A stretch of DNA of 42,322 bases from a virus (Duplodnaviria > Heunggongvirae > Uroviricota > Caudoviricetes): the IMG/VR virus record IMGVR_UViG_2541047730_000004, one strand, 5' to 3'. A program made the position numbers and the translations under genes. Position 1 is the stretch's first letter, and each line of letters starts with the position of its first letter. Positions 27,586-36,638 of the stretch are shown piece by piece. The notes under the pieces are model-generated. The model made no database searches. It saw only the letters and a list, made by a program, of their open reading frames with translations, and was not told the origin of the DNA.

Positions 27586-28404
27586 ATGAAAAACTTCAAG
27601 GTAATTAGCATGTTTGAATCCTTCAAAGAGCTGTTTTTATCTACTGCCAATACTGCCGTGAATCGAGCCAAAAACCCTGTGCTTGGTGCTTTTGTTATGT
27701 CCTGGTGCGCCTTCAACTGGAAATCAATTCTTTATCTATTTTTTAGCAAATCAAACATAATAGATAAAATTTCATATATCTCAGATAACAGCACATGGAA
27801 AACTGTTATGTTTTATCCATGCTTATCTGTAATTGCTATCTGCTGCCTATTACCATGGGTAAACAATATCATTAACGTATGGCAAGCAAAGCCTCTTGAT
27901 AATAATGACTCAATCGATAATCACCTGAAGGCAAGAAAAATCCAGCGTGAAACCAGACTGCAGAGGTTATTGGCTAAAAAAGATGTTACATACGACAAAG
28001 TTAAGACTGGCGCGGAAAAAGACATCCAAGAGATGAAAGAAGAGATTATTCGATCAAAGAATAGTATGGGGGAATTGACTGCCGAGTTGAAAGCTAAAGA
28101 TGACGAATTGAGATCCGCCAGTGCTCAGTTAGCAGCTCTAAATCATTCATTAAAAGAGATATCGGAAACTCTGGGAAGAATGAATGAGGCATATAAGACC
28201 CTCCAAAATGATTTCGACGAATACAAACTCAAATACCCTGAAAAATCTCAAATAAAAAGTCTTGCACTTGGCAACGGCCAAACAATTAGCAACTTTTTGG
28301 AGCAACACAACTTATCCGGATTAAAATCTGGTAAGCCAGACGTTTTTAATAACTTTGGTGTTCTATCTGGATTATCAGGTTTCGAGGATAAAAATAAAGA
28401 CTAA
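27586..28404 (+). CDS. AT-rich cargo gene: membrane protein with two N-terminal transmembrane helices and a C-terminal coiled-coil (candidate abortive-infection/exclusion protein)
   Basis: Opposite strand to the flanking late genes, markedly AT-rich, own promoter and operator. Hydrophobic segments PVLGAFVMSWCAFNW and FYPCLSVIAICCLLPWV, then a heptad-rich K/E/L region. Alternative start at 27610 with an AAGG RBS. Confidence 0.55.
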   Translation: MKNFKVISMFESFKELFLSTANTAVNRAKNPVLGAFVMSWCAFNWKSILYLFFSKSNIIDKISYISDNSTWKTVMFYPCLSVIAICCLLPWVNNIINVWQAKPLDNNDSIDNHLKARKIQRETRLQRLLAKKDVTYDKVKTGAEKDIQEMKEEIIRSKNSMGELTAELKAKDDELRSASAQLAALNHSLKEISETLGRMNEAYKTLQNDFDEYKLKYPEKSQIKSLALGNGQTISNFLEQHNLSGLKSGKPDVFNNFGVLSGLSGFEDKNKD

Positions 28405-29876
28405 GCATATGGATCGTACTCGGTAAGCGCCTTGCCTTGCTGGTTCTGCTGCCCGGGAAGTCGCAGGCGCTTCGACACCGGGAAAGCAAACGTCAGCAGC
28501 AGCGCATCGCCTTTACCCGGCGAACGCCCAAGTCGCTCTTTGATATCTTCCTTCGGTTCGATAACGATTTTACCGTCCACTCGAACTTTGTACTCTGCCG
28601 CCGACAGGTCGTCTGCAGTTTCCTGGTCATCCAGCATGCCGCCCAGCCTCAGCCATGTCTTACATGAGTTGAACATCTCCCCACGCTTGTTGAGCATCTG
28701 CGGGTCAGTAGACGCGCCACCGAACGGAACAAGTTGCCATGTACGACCCCAGCCGTCACCGATTGACTTCAGACCAGTTCCGTAACCGAAGTCGATGAAC
28801 ACTGCGTCAGCCTGGTACTGGTCTTCAAAGTCAGCGATACGCTTCGCCATAATCAGATCGTCAGTGGTCTTGTTGCCAGTCCACAGCACCTTACTGTGCA
28901 GCCCCTGCCGCAGGTATATCACAGCGTCATCAACGCCTGAGTATGCCGGGTCAACGCCGATTATCACCGGAGCATGTGCAACCTGCGCAGCGGTGACCAC
29001 CCGTTTCATTGCCTCGTCAGTAAGTCCGGTAGGGATAAACTGCAATTCAGATGCATCCGGGAATATGCCGCGCACACGGATTTTAACGAAGTCGCTGTCT
29101 TCCCCGTAGTCATCAACCCATTTCTGCAACTGCTGTTTGTTAGTGCCTTCCACCGTCCGGCTGTCAATCTGCGCAGTTTTCCAGCGGTGTTTATATTTGC
29201 GGAAACATTCGCGGAAACGCCCGGTGTTACGTGTAGGGTTTCCGAACGCCACCCAGATAATCTCAGTGTCTTCGTCCGTAAGCGCACCCTCAGCAACTTC
29301 CCACACCAGATCCGCAATGTTCGACGCTTCATCGAATACCACGATGATGCGTTTGCGCTCGTTGTGTAGTCCGGCGAATGCCTCAGTGTTGTGCTCAGAC
29401 CAGGGGATTGCGTCAGCTCGCCACCGCTTGTCGTGCCCAGGATCATTGCTGTACATCGCGGTAGCGGTACAGGTAAACCAGTCTTTCGTGATAGCAAGGT
29501 TCGACCACTTGATAATTTCCGGCCAGGTCTTCGTTCGTAGCTGGTTGTCGGTGTTGGCGGTCACCACGACCTTACAATCCTCGCAAGTGGACATGCCCCA
29601 GTTGATCAGCATTGAGATGAATGCGGATTTACCAATACCGTGACCAGAAGCGCGTGCCAGCATAAGCGGCTGATAGCGCGTCGCTGGATTCTGCAGGTGA
29701 TCACGTATCTCTCGGAACGCATCAGCCTGCCACTGACGTGGGCCGGTAGCATGTGCCAGTTCAGTCCCTTCTTCCCCCCACGGGAACGCATAGAGGGCAT
29801 AGCCAAGCGGATCGTGAGTGAACCCTGCAATATCCTCGATCAACTGCTCTTCAGGAGATAACGCTGTATCTGTCAC
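28401..29876 (-). CDS. Terminase large subunit
   Basis: 491 aa; ATPase P-loop-like GHGIGKS and Walker B-like IVVFDEASN in the N-terminal half, acidic nuclease-type C-terminal half; follows the small subunit with overlapping stop/start. Confidence 0.85.
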   Translation of the reverse strand: MTDTALSPEEQLIEDIAGFTHDPLGYALYAFPWGEEGTELAHATGPRQWQADAFREIRDHLQNPATRYQPLMLARASGHGIGKSAFISMLINWGMSTCEDCKVVVTANTDNQLRTKTWPEIIKWSNLAITKDWFTCTATAMYSNDPGHDKRWRADAIPWSEHNTEAFAGLHNERKRIIVVFDEASNIADLVWEVAEGALTDEDTEIIWVAFGNPTRNTGRFRECFRKYKHRWKTAQIDSRTVEGTNKQQLQKWVDDYGEDSDFVKIRVRGIFPDASELQFIPTGLTDEAMKRVVTAAQVAHAPVIIGVDPAYSGVDDAVIYLRQGLHSKVLWTGNKTTDDLIMAKRIADFEDQYQADAVFIDFGYGTGLKSIGDGWGRTWQLVPFGGASTDPQMLNKRGEMFNSCKTWLRLGGMLDDQETADDLSAAEYKVRVDGKIVIEPKEDIKERLGRSPGKGDALLLTFAFPVSKRLRLPGQQNQQGKALTEYDPYA

Positions 29877-30469
29877 TGATTGCCATCCTGACGTTCTTTC
29901 AGTCTCTTCCTGGCTGCCGCTATGCGATCAGCAATTGTCACATTCACATTAACATCCAGGCGTTCTTTGAACGCGTTGACATCAACATGCTTACCAATCA
30001 GCTCAAGGTTCTTCACCTTGTCAGGCCATTTAATTTTTTTGAGGATTGTCTCTATCGAATCCTCGTTCATGTTCATGATGGTCGATGACAGATCAAAGCC
30101 GCTAAGCGTAGTGCGCCAGATTTTCGGCCACTCACGGATTGGTTTAAGGCTCCCATCGTCGTTGAGGATGTCGATCACGTCCATCTGGTCGATCTCCACC
30201 AGGCGCATGAGAACGTAATCAGCACTGACGCGCATTCGTTTGTTGCGCTCCTCCATCAACTCGGCAATCCGTTTTTGAATGCGTTCATCGCGCATCATGA
30301 CACTGGCTTTAACTGCCGCTGTATTTGGGGAGAATCCTGCGTTAATCGCTGCCTGAGTCTGGTTTTCAGGCGTTTTGATGTATGACTGGCAATAAGCCTC
30401 CTGCATTGCTGTTAGTGGCTTAAATTGCGTTGATTTGCGTTTATAGGTTTTAGGTTCAGCAGGCATCAT
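29873..30469 (-). CDS. Terminase small subunit (Terminase_2/P27-like HTH)
   Basis: Motif YCQSYIKTPENQTQAAINAGFSPNTAAVKAS matches the small-terminase HTH signature (N.TQAAI.AG(F/Y)S..TA). Start taken at MMPAEP because the longer ORF to 30547 runs through a terminator hairpin. Confidence 0.75.
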   Translation of the reverse strand: MMPAEPKTYKRKSTQFKPLTAMQEAYCQSYIKTPENQTQAAINAGFSPNTAAVKASVMMRDERIQKRIAELMEERNKRMRVSADYVLMRLVEIDQMDVIDILNDDGSLKPIREWPKIWRTTLSGFDLSSTIMNMNEDSIETILKKIKWPDKVKNLELIGKHVDVNAFKERLDVNVNVTIADRIAAARKRLKERQDGNQ

Positions 30470-30510
30470 AACCACCGTGGTAATAGTTACCGTTGTGGTA
30501 ATAGTACCAT

Positions 30511-30540
30511 GCAAAATAAAGCCGCCATAGTTGGCGGCAG
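30511..30540 (-). terminator. Rho-independent terminator immediately upstream of the terminase genes
   Basis: GCCGCCA-TAGT-TGGCGGC hairpin followed on the minus strand by TTTATTTTGC. Confidence 0.55.
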
Positions 30541-30587
30541 TATTCAAAACCCGTCAAATTCATCATGCATAATCTACTCGTGACATG

Positions 30588-30929
30588 TCACACTATTAAT
30601 TTCGTTTCATGCCAGCCTTTAGTCACCCAGCATTGTGAGTCACCATTACACGGACATGAATTAACTGGAACTCTCTCGCCGCACTTACCGCAACGTGTTC
30701 TGCTGATCGATTTTATACGCCCGTGCACGCGTGCATCATCCTGGCGGATCAGTAACGCTATATACTCACCAAATTCGTAAGGCGCACGCCCGGGGCGACG
30801 CGTGGCACAGTTACGCTCCAGAATTTCAATTTCCTGAGCATCAAGCACAATCTCCAGCTTACGCACACCAGATGCAGCTTGTCTGGCTCTCTGAGCGGCT
30901 TTGCGCTCTGCTGCTGATTTAGCCATCAA
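30588..30929 (-). CDS. Small Cys-rich protein upstream of terminase (possible late regulator)
   Basis: 113 aa; basic N-terminus and C-terminal cluster CGKCGERVPVNSCPCNGDSQC; no His residues for an HNH call. Confidence 0.45.
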   Translation of the reverse strand: MMAKSAAERKAAQRARQAASGVRKLEIVLDAQEIEILERNCATRRPGRAPYEFGEYIALLIRQDDARVHGRIKSISRTRCGKCGERVPVNSCPCNGDSQCWVTKGWHETKLIV

Positions 30930-30953
30930 TATTTACCTTTATCGCGAACATAC

Positions 30954-31175
30954 TTAGCTGTGTGTTGCCGATGTGCGGAGATTCTCTTCTATCAATTCCA
31001 CGCATTCTGACCGACGAACAAATAATTCGTCTCCGTTATGAATTACGACATAGCCGTAAGCGGTTTTACGCATCACATCGAACTCATCCCATACGGAAAT
31101 ACCGCACTCTGCTAACGAGCAATCCAAATAATCTTCCGGATGCTTGTCGGTGTTATTAATGATGCGAATCCTCAA
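30954..31175 (-). CDS. Hypothetical protein
   Basis: 73-aa ORF in the minus-strand early/nin-like block. Confidence 0.35.
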   Translation of the reverse strand: MRIRIINNTDKHPEDYLDCSLAECGISVWDEFDVMRKTAYGYVVIHNGDELFVRRSECVELIEENLRTSATHS

Positions 31176-31205
31176 ATCTTTTCACCTTTAAGGATAAGTT
31201 GCATG

Positions 31206-32063
31206 TTAGCCACGGTTAACCTCCTTCGGCGGTTCTGGTAGAGGCATCCAGAACAAGGCGTTCCCTAACCAGGATAAAGTGCCGTCGCTCAACTCCACGT
31301 ATTCCCCTTGCACCTGTCCTGCCATATACTCACCGTGCTTTGAATAAATTAAAATCCAATCATCTTGAGCGGGCATTTGCTCACTACAGCTTATCCAACC
31401 ATCCGGAGTTACCGGATAGTTGCCCGATAGCGCGTTCTGCAGTCGCTCCAGTTTCACGTATTCCTGAACCCTGTTTCCGTCGCATGCCCGAAGCCATTGC
31501 GCAGCCTTTTGCGCATCAGTATGAAAGGCACAAGTGCGTCCGTCATCAAATTGCATTTCGTAAAGGTCAGCAACCTGTTCAAAGTGCGTTTGTGGCAAGT
31601 TGTAAGTTTGGCTTACAGGTTTGGCACCATGAAGCATGGTGGCGCTCCGCTCTATGCCATCCAGCGCGATTCGCAGTGCCTGAATTGTGGTAGGGCTATC
31701 GTTTGGGGCTATTCCATATCGCTCGAATACAGCTAAATGGTTGCGCATAATCTCAGGCGTAAGCTCTTTGTAAGCATACGCAAGAGGCTCTGATGCATTA
31801 TCCGGCACAACCGGCGCAGGTGAGTCAGCATAAACAGGAATAACGTCCGGTTGCTCTTTATTGCTTTCATCCGTTAAAGCCCAGAATAATTTCCCGGCCG
31901 GATGTTTGAAAATATAAGCAACTGGTTCTGCTTCCAGTGATGCCAGCGCAATTTTGTATACTTCCAGATCCATTTGTGCAGTTACTAAATCAGGATAACG
32001 ATCCATAACCGTTATATTGCGCTTAATTATCTCTATTAATTGTTCTTTAGTAAAAGTGGTCAT
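31206..32063 (-). CDS. DUF551-like protein (Ead/Ea22 neighbourhood)
   Basis: C-terminal WMPLPEPP signature. Confidence 0.55.
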   Translation of the reverse strand: MTTFTKEQLIEIIKRNITVMDRYPDLVTAQMDLEVYKIALASLEAEPVAYIFKHPAGKLFWALTDESNKEQPDVIPVYADSPAPVVPDNASEPLAYAYKELTPEIMRNHLAVFERYGIAPNDSPTTIQALRIALDGIERSATMLHGAKPVSQTYNLPQTHFEQVADLYEMQFDDGRTCAFHTDAQKAAQWLRACDGNRVQEYVKLERLQNALSGNYPVTPDGWISCSEQMPAQDDWILIYSKHGEYMAGQVQGEYVELSDGTLSWLGNALFWMPLPEPPKEVNRG

Positions 32064-32073
32064 TCGTTATGCC

Positions 32074-32313
32074 TCAATACACAAAATCTGTTTTAAATTC
32101 ATGGTTACATTCTGGGCAGCATGTTTCGTAACCTTTTATTTCTTCACATGCCTGTTTTGCTCCAGAAAATTCCCAGAAATCAGCATCGCAAAGCAGATCG
32201 AAATTGTGGCCGCATTTGGGACATTCGGTATCAAGTGAAAGACTCCAGTAAGCAGTGGTGTTTTTATCCATATCACTCTCCTTTACCCGCTGCTTTCGCC
32301 TGCTCTTTAGCAA
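32074..32313 (-). CDS. Small zinc-ribbon protein
   Basis: Two CxxC pairs (CPKCGHNF ... CCPECNHEF) in 79 aa. Confidence 0.45.
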   Translation of the reverse strand: MLKSRRKQRVKESDMDKNTTAYWSLSLDTECPKCGHNFDLLCDADFWEFSGAKQACEEIKGYETCCPECNHEFKTDFVY

Positions 32314-32536
32314 GTCGATCCGCTTCTCTGAAATCCCAATCCACTCGATGTGCTATATCAATTGCAGAACGCACGGTCCGTTCAATTAGCGTGTCCAGAT
32401 TATCAATTGTCATTGCCATATCTGGATTGCGAGATAAAATCTCCGCCCTCTGAATCTGCCAGTTGTTGCAGGTTTCAAGTAATGAGTTAGCCATATCACT
32501 CTCCTTTGATACGAATGCCAGCGGCGCGGATTGCAT
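32273..32536 (-). CDS. Hypothetical small protein
   Basis: 87-aa ORF overlapping neighbours in the operon. Confidence 0.35.
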   Translation of the reverse strand: MQSAPLAFVSKESDMANSLLETCNNWQIQRAEILSRNPDMAMTIDNLDTLIERTVRSAIDIAHRVDWDFREADRLAKEQAKAAGKGE

Positions 32537-33245
32537 CGATGACTTCAGAAACTTTGTATGCCATTACCGTTTGGTAATCATCGTGAAAATCTGTTCGATG
32601 AAGCATGCTGCTACGTTCCGGGAGCGATATTTCCCGAGCATCCAGTTCCTTAACGCGTTCCTCCAGTTCGTAGACCCTGCATTGTTCTCTATCATCAATC
32701 AGATATAACCCAAGACATTCGCTTTCTACCCAACCACCAAAATCATGATCGTAACGCTCACATGAAAACTCACCGTCACCGTCCTTTGTTGGAATGGTGT
32801 AACTATCTAATGGGCCACCATACGTCGGCACATTTCCCAATGTTGGATGCTCAATCCACATGAAAAATGCACGTCCGGTTATTGGGCAAATATCTGGCCG
32901 CCATTGGTTACGAACAGCCTTGGTTTCAGATAATTCTTCAGCGTGTTGTTTTACTTCCTCAAGCTCAACTCTCAGCTTCCCAACCGTAAGAGCAATATCC
33001 TCGTTCTCCTGGTCGCGGCGTTTGATGTATTGCTGGTTTCTTTCCCGTTCATCCAGTAGTGCCAGCACGGTTTCTGATCCGGCCAGAAATTTGAAGGCGT
33101 TGAGCGCATCAATATCCACACCGTAATCCTTAAGTTCCTGTTCAGTTAACAAATCATCATCAACTGGCAACATTAACAGGCGTTCCATTGCCGGAATTGC
33201 ACGCTCTGCCGCCTCACGCAGTGCCTGATAATCAATCTTGCTCAC
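32496..33245 (-). CDS. Ead/Ea22-like protein
   Basis: Acidic coiled-coil N-terminus and composition typical of lambdoid Ea22-like early proteins; position. Confidence 0.5.
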   Translation of the reverse strand: MSKIDYQALREAAERAIPAMERLLMLPVDDDLLTEQELKDYGVDIDALNAFKFLAGSETVLALLDERERNQQYIKRRDQENEDIALTVGKLRVELEEVKQHAEELSETKAVRNQWRPDICPITGRAFFMWIEHPTLGNVPTYGGPLDSYTIPTKDGDGEFSCERYDHDFGGWVESECLGLYLIDDREQCRVYELEERVKELDAREISLPERSSMLHRTDFHDDYQTVMAYKVSEVIDAIRAAGIRIKGE

Positions 33246-33766
33246 TGGTTGCCTCCTTTGCGAAGCTGTTCAGCAATACTTACGCATATCTCTGCGCCTC
33301 TAATCAGCCCCGGAACGTTCTTGTTTGGCCCAACTTCACCATCGACAAAATCAATCATCGCGTTACGAGCCATATCCACACCCTGCGCCCGCACTTCAGC
33401 AAGGGAGGCGTCGGTGGCTGGGGTTTCTGGCATACAGTCAGCAGCGTCGAAATACTCTTCACTTTTGTCATCCCAAATCCAGCAATCATCTTTGATGAAC
33501 TTGTTCAGCCCCGCATTCTCCGCCGCCAGCGCCGAAAACTTCTCGTGTGCCAACTTAACAGCCGAATCAGCCTGCTTAATTGACTCAATCGCTCTCTGGT
33601 GGTCTTCGGCCAGCGCATTAGCACGCACCAGTTGCACTTCCAGTTGCGCTGCCAAATCGCTGATCAGCTTTGCCACACTGCGCATATCAACGGCACCACA
33701 TTCTGCTTTCAGTTCCGAAGCCATCTCATGCCCGGCGGCAACTAACCCTTTGATATTACTTTCCAT
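33242..33766 (-). CDS. Hypothetical early protein
   Basis: 174-aa ORF coupled to the downstream gene. Confidence 0.45.
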   Translation of the reverse strand: MESNIKGLVAAGHEMASELKAECGAVDMRSVAKLISDLAAQLEVQLVRANALAEDHQRAIESIKQADSAVKLAHEKFSALAAENAGLNKFIKDDCWIWDDKSEEYFDAADCMPETPATDASLAEVRAQGVDMARNAMIDFVDGEVGPNKNVPGLIRGAEICVSIAEQLRKGGNQ

Positions 33767-33827
33767 CTTTACCCTCGCTTATCCACATAACTTATTGATT
33801 ACATTGATAACTAAAAAGATCGTCTAT

Positions 33828-34172
33828 TCAGAACTCTTCGATGTTCCAGCCACCACCTGCTTTCTTTGGCTTAACCGTTACCCCGATGATTCGGAACGGA
33901 TACTGATCTGCGGCGACTTTGGTTTTCACCCTGGCGTCGTCGGTCCAGAAACCTTTCACTTCGTGCAGTTCCATCTCGCCGGTGGCGAGCATCACAGCAA
34001 AATCGGGCGTATAGAACGTGTTGTCAGCTAACCGCAACTTGATACCCTCGAATCGATACCAGGCGATTTCCCCTGCACGTTTACGCTGCTCAAGGTGCTG
34101 GCAATACGCAGATTCTGTTTTGTTCATCTGGCCTGTTTTGAGTCGACCAAGAGCCTGTATCTGTTTTCTCAT
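33828..34172 (-). CDS. Small putative nuclease-like protein (nin region)
   Basis: 114 aa with ...TPDF...E.HEVKG... resembling small PD-(D/E)xK-type phage nucleases; first gene after the replication module. Confidence 0.4.
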   Translation of the reverse strand: MRKQIQALGRLKTGQMNKTESAYCQHLEQRKRAGEIAWYRFEGIKLRLADNTFYTPDFAVMLATGEMELHEVKGFWTDDARVKTKVAADQYPFRIIGVTVKPKKAGGGWNIEEF

Positions 34173-34235
34173 GATTTACCCCTGAGGTAATTAAAAACCA
34201 CATAAGACACGAAATCAATAGATCTTAGAACATTT

Positions 34236-34254
34236 TATTACCTAGCAGGTAATA
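34236..34254. promoter_or_regulatory. Operator palindrome TATTACC-TAGCA-GGTAATA (perfect 7-5-7)
   Basis: Between the P-like gene end and the nin-like block. Confidence 0.55.
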
Positions 34255-34289
34255 ATCAAAACGTAAAAAAATGCGCTATCGCGCTGGTA

Positions 34290-35090
34290 TTACTTGATAA
34301 ATCCTGCCGCCTTTCCCCGCCTGTATTCCTCCATCAGCCACTGCGCCGGTGTTATTCCCCCCAGGGTAGCGGCGTTAGGCATACACCCGAAACTTCGCCC
34401 TGGTGGATGGTAAACGTCTCTCCCTGTGTCCGGAGGCGTACTCATGGGTTCTGGCTTTGCCTGTATGCTGATCACCGGATCGGGTATCTGCTGTCCGGAA
34501 GCCACCTTTTTCGCCCAATCATCAAGCAGCCTGCGCGCGTGTTTCTCAACCTCAATCTCGCTAAGCTGGCGCTGATACATTGCACGGCGGGTATCACATA
34601 CGACCCAGTACATAACCGGATGCCGCCACGGGAATCTTTCGGGACCACCAGGATATAAACTTTTTTCCTTGCTATACCGGTGAAACTCCGCCATCACATC
34701 GTCAATGGTGACGCCAAGAACCATCTTGCTGTCTTTACACCACTTGATAAATTGCCCTGGCGACGGCCAGAACGGAGATTCACTGGCGCGGGCGTGGCGC
34801 ATACCAGCAGAAACCTGTTCACGGGTTCGGATCCCCCCTTCGGCAAACGCAGCAATCCACTGCTGTTTTGCAGCAACTTCCTGCTCTGGCGTCTTCAGGT
34901 TGGTTACCACTGCCGCCGGAAACAGTTGTTTCAACTGTTTGAAAAGGGCATCAACAAGCCTCTCTGCTGACATGTTCACTACGTTGTCATTGTTGGTGTA
35001 CTGATGCTCATAACCTGACATGCGAGAAAGGGCTTCTCCGTCACGGTTTTGTATCGCGGTAAAAACGTTGTTCACAAGAAATCCTCCCAT
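34290..35090 (-). CDS. Replication protein P-like (DnaB helicase loader)
   Basis: QQWIAAFAEGGIRTREQVSAGMRHARASESPFWPSPGQFIKWC aligns with lambda P (RRQWVLAFRENGITTMEQVNAGMRVARRQNRPFLPSPGQFVAWC). True start may be the internal Met at about 35021. Confidence 0.8.
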   Translation of the reverse strand: MGGFLVNNVFTAIQNRDGEALSRMSGYEHQYTNNDNVVNMSAERLVDALFKQLKQLFPAAVVTNLKTPEQEVAAKQQWIAAFAEGGIRTREQVSAGMRHARASESPFWPSPGQFIKWCKDSKMVLGVTIDDVMAEFHRYSKEKSLYPGGPERFPWRHPVMYWVVCDTRRAMYQRQLSEIEVEKHARRLLDDWAKKVASGQQIPDPVISIQAKPEPMSTPPDTGRDVYHPPGRSFGCMPNAATLGGITPAQWLMEEYRRGKAAGFIK

Positions 35091-35887
35091 GCTTCAGGGC
35101 TGTTCCAGTGCGGAACGTTGTTATCAGGTAATGTTGATTGCTTCTGTCTGCTAATCTGCAGCCGCCTTGCCAGCTTCTGCTCCCACTGTGCCTGATGGTA
35201 TGCCTTACCCTCAGCCATCCAGTAAATTCTGAACTCTGCAAGTTCCTGTGCCGTTGGCAGACTGTCTAGGTAGATCCCCTGCAATGAGCTTTTCCGAAGA
35301 AAGTCATCTGATGGTTGCCATTGTTCATGCATGACAAATTTGCCTAATTGCCCTGGCCCACCAGGAGGAACAAAGTTATTCATCACGGCGTTGTTTGCGC
35401 CGGGGTCATGAGGCACAGAATCCCCGCTTTTTGTCCTGCTCTCCCTCTCTTGGTTAAATGACTGGTTATATGACTGGTTCTGGATCCCGTTTTTGGGATC
35501 ATTCAACATCCCGTTTTTGGGATCATTCAACATCCCGTTTTTGGGTATATTCCCGTTTTCGGTAACATTACCGCTTTCGGGTTCATTACCCCCTTCCCGG
35601 TTGCCTTTAATGTTCCCGTTTTTGGTTATATTAAGAGAGAAAACCCGCACTCTTTTCGTCGCTCCCTTTCTCTCTCCGGTATCTGAAATAAGCCCCATTT
35701 TCATGAGCGATATAAGCCCGGCCTGCACGGTTTTTTTATTCAGGCAAGTGTCTTTAACGAGGCGTTCTATGCTGGGGTAGCAGAGGTTATATTCATCGGC
35801 TCTGTCAGCCATCGAGAGCAGTATGAGCTTTAATGACGAGCTACCTGGATCTGTCTCCCAGGCCCAATCTGTTGCATGTCTGCTCAT
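35072..35887 (-). CDS. Replication initiator (O-like, winged-helix N-terminus) containing the origin iterons
   Basis: Position directly upstream of the P homologue; HTH-like N-terminus; internal peptide repeat NDPKNGMLNDPKNGMLNDPKNG encoded by the DNA iterons. Confidence 0.7.
   Translation of the reverse strand: MSRHATDWAWETDPGSSSLKLILLSMADRADEYNLCYPSIERLVKDTCLNKKTVQAGLISLMKMGLISDTGERKGATKRVRVFSLNITKNGNIKGNREGGNEPESGNVTENGNIPKNGMLNDPKNGMLNDPKNGIQNQSYNQSFNQERESRTKSGDSVPHDPGANNAVMNNFVPPGGPGQLGKFVMHEQWQPSDDFLRKSSLQGIYLDSLPTAQELAEFRIYWMAEGKAYHQAQWEQKLARRLQISRQKQSTLPDNNVPHWNSPEAWEDFL
35484..35627. repeat. Origin iterons: about 7 copies of (T/A)YCCCGTTTT(T/C)GG
   Basis: Three perfect 24-bp tandem units ATCCCGTTTTTGGGATCATTCAAC followed by degenerate copies, inside the O-like gene. 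Confidence 0.75.
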
Positions 35888-35902
35888 GATTAATCTCCGC
35901 TA

Positions 35903-36103
35903 TCAGCTTGAATGTTGTGGGGAGGAATTAATCATGATCTGCTTAATCTCTGCCCTGATACGACGGTTTGATTCCATGGTGCACTCAACACAGTGTCCAT
36001 TGTAAACCCAGCGTTCACTGTCATGTCCGTGCTTACATGTTTTTCCGGTGTAGTAGCGTTTAAGTCCGCGCTTTGCGGCATCAATACGTGTAATGATTTC
36101 CAT
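35903..36103 (-). CDS. Small zinc-finger protein at the cII-equivalent position
   Basis: Between the cro-like and O-like genes; Cys/His cluster CKHGHDSERWVYNGHCVEC; start taken at MEIITR. Confidence 0.4.
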   Translation of the reverse strand: MEIITRIDAAKRGLKRYYTGKTCKHGHDSERWVYNGHCVECTMESNRRIRAEIKQIMINSSPQHSS

Positions 36104-36182
36104 GGTAAGCCCTGTTATTAGTATTGGGATTACGGTTATTTTGTGCTGACACAAAAAAAAGATCAACCATATTTGGTTTTTT

Positions 36183-36199
36183 ATTACCTTTAAGGTGCG
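36183..36199. promoter_or_regulatory. Operator-like site ATTACC-TTTAA-GGTGCGA
   Basis: TTACC-N5-GGTG; between the cro-like gene and the cII-position gene. Confidence 0.4.
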
Positions 36200-36253
36200 A
36201 ATAGATATGAAAAGACCGCCGGGTGGCGGTCTACAGAGGGGTGTAGCTGGATA

Positions 36254-36484
36254 TCATGAGTAGAAGAAGTATGCCAGTTCTGCTTTTGAGCGCAACCATT
36301 GTCTTGTTTTACAGGCTTTAAAAAGCCCATTCATCAATACTTTACCTGGCATTTTGCGCTTACCTGTTAAGTGAGTCTGGATATAGTGACTCGTCGTTCC
36401 GGCTTCCTGTGCGAAGGCTTCACGCTCATCCGGAGTAAGTGCAAGCCAGTGCTTTTTGAAATCGAAATGTTCGTTATCGCTCAT
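36254..36484 (-). CDS. Cro-like small HTH regulator
   Basis: 76 aa, divergent from the CI-like gene across an operator-containing 154-bp region; HTH-like segment AGTTSHYIQTHLTGKR. Confidence 0.5.
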   Translation of the reverse strand: MSDNEHFDFKKHWLALTPDEREAFAQEAGTTSHYIQTHLTGKRKMPGKVLMNGLFKACKTRQWLRSKAELAYFFYS

Positions 36485-36496
36485 AGCTATTGCCTG

Positions 36497-36520
36497 ATAT
36501 TTATTTCAGATAATAAATAT
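36497..36520. promoter_or_regulatory. AT-rich 9-6-9 palindrome ATATTTATT-TCAGAT-AATAAATAT in the switch region
   Basis: Perfect inverted arms; may be a promoter element or a second operator type. Confidence 0.35.
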
Positions 36521-36550
36521 TCACCCATAAGGTAACAAAAATCAAGGATA

Positions 36551-36585
36551 GTTACCTATGAGGTGCATTTACCTGTTGGGTAATA
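36551..36585. promoter_or_regulatory. OR-equivalent: two adjacent operator sites
   Basis: AGTTACC-TATGA-GGTGCAT and TTTACC-TGTTG-GGTAATA between the cro-like and CI-like genes. Confidence 0.6.
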
Positions 36586-36638
36586 TTGCTTTAAATTGAA
36601 TCATCTACTGATTCATATATGAGGCGATTTTCCAGAAA

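Noticed and set aside
35484-35627. Repetitive peptide NDPKNGMLNDPKNG in the O-like protein as a possible protein repeat domain
   Set aside because: The repeat is the translation of the DNA iterons, so it is most simply explained by origin function.
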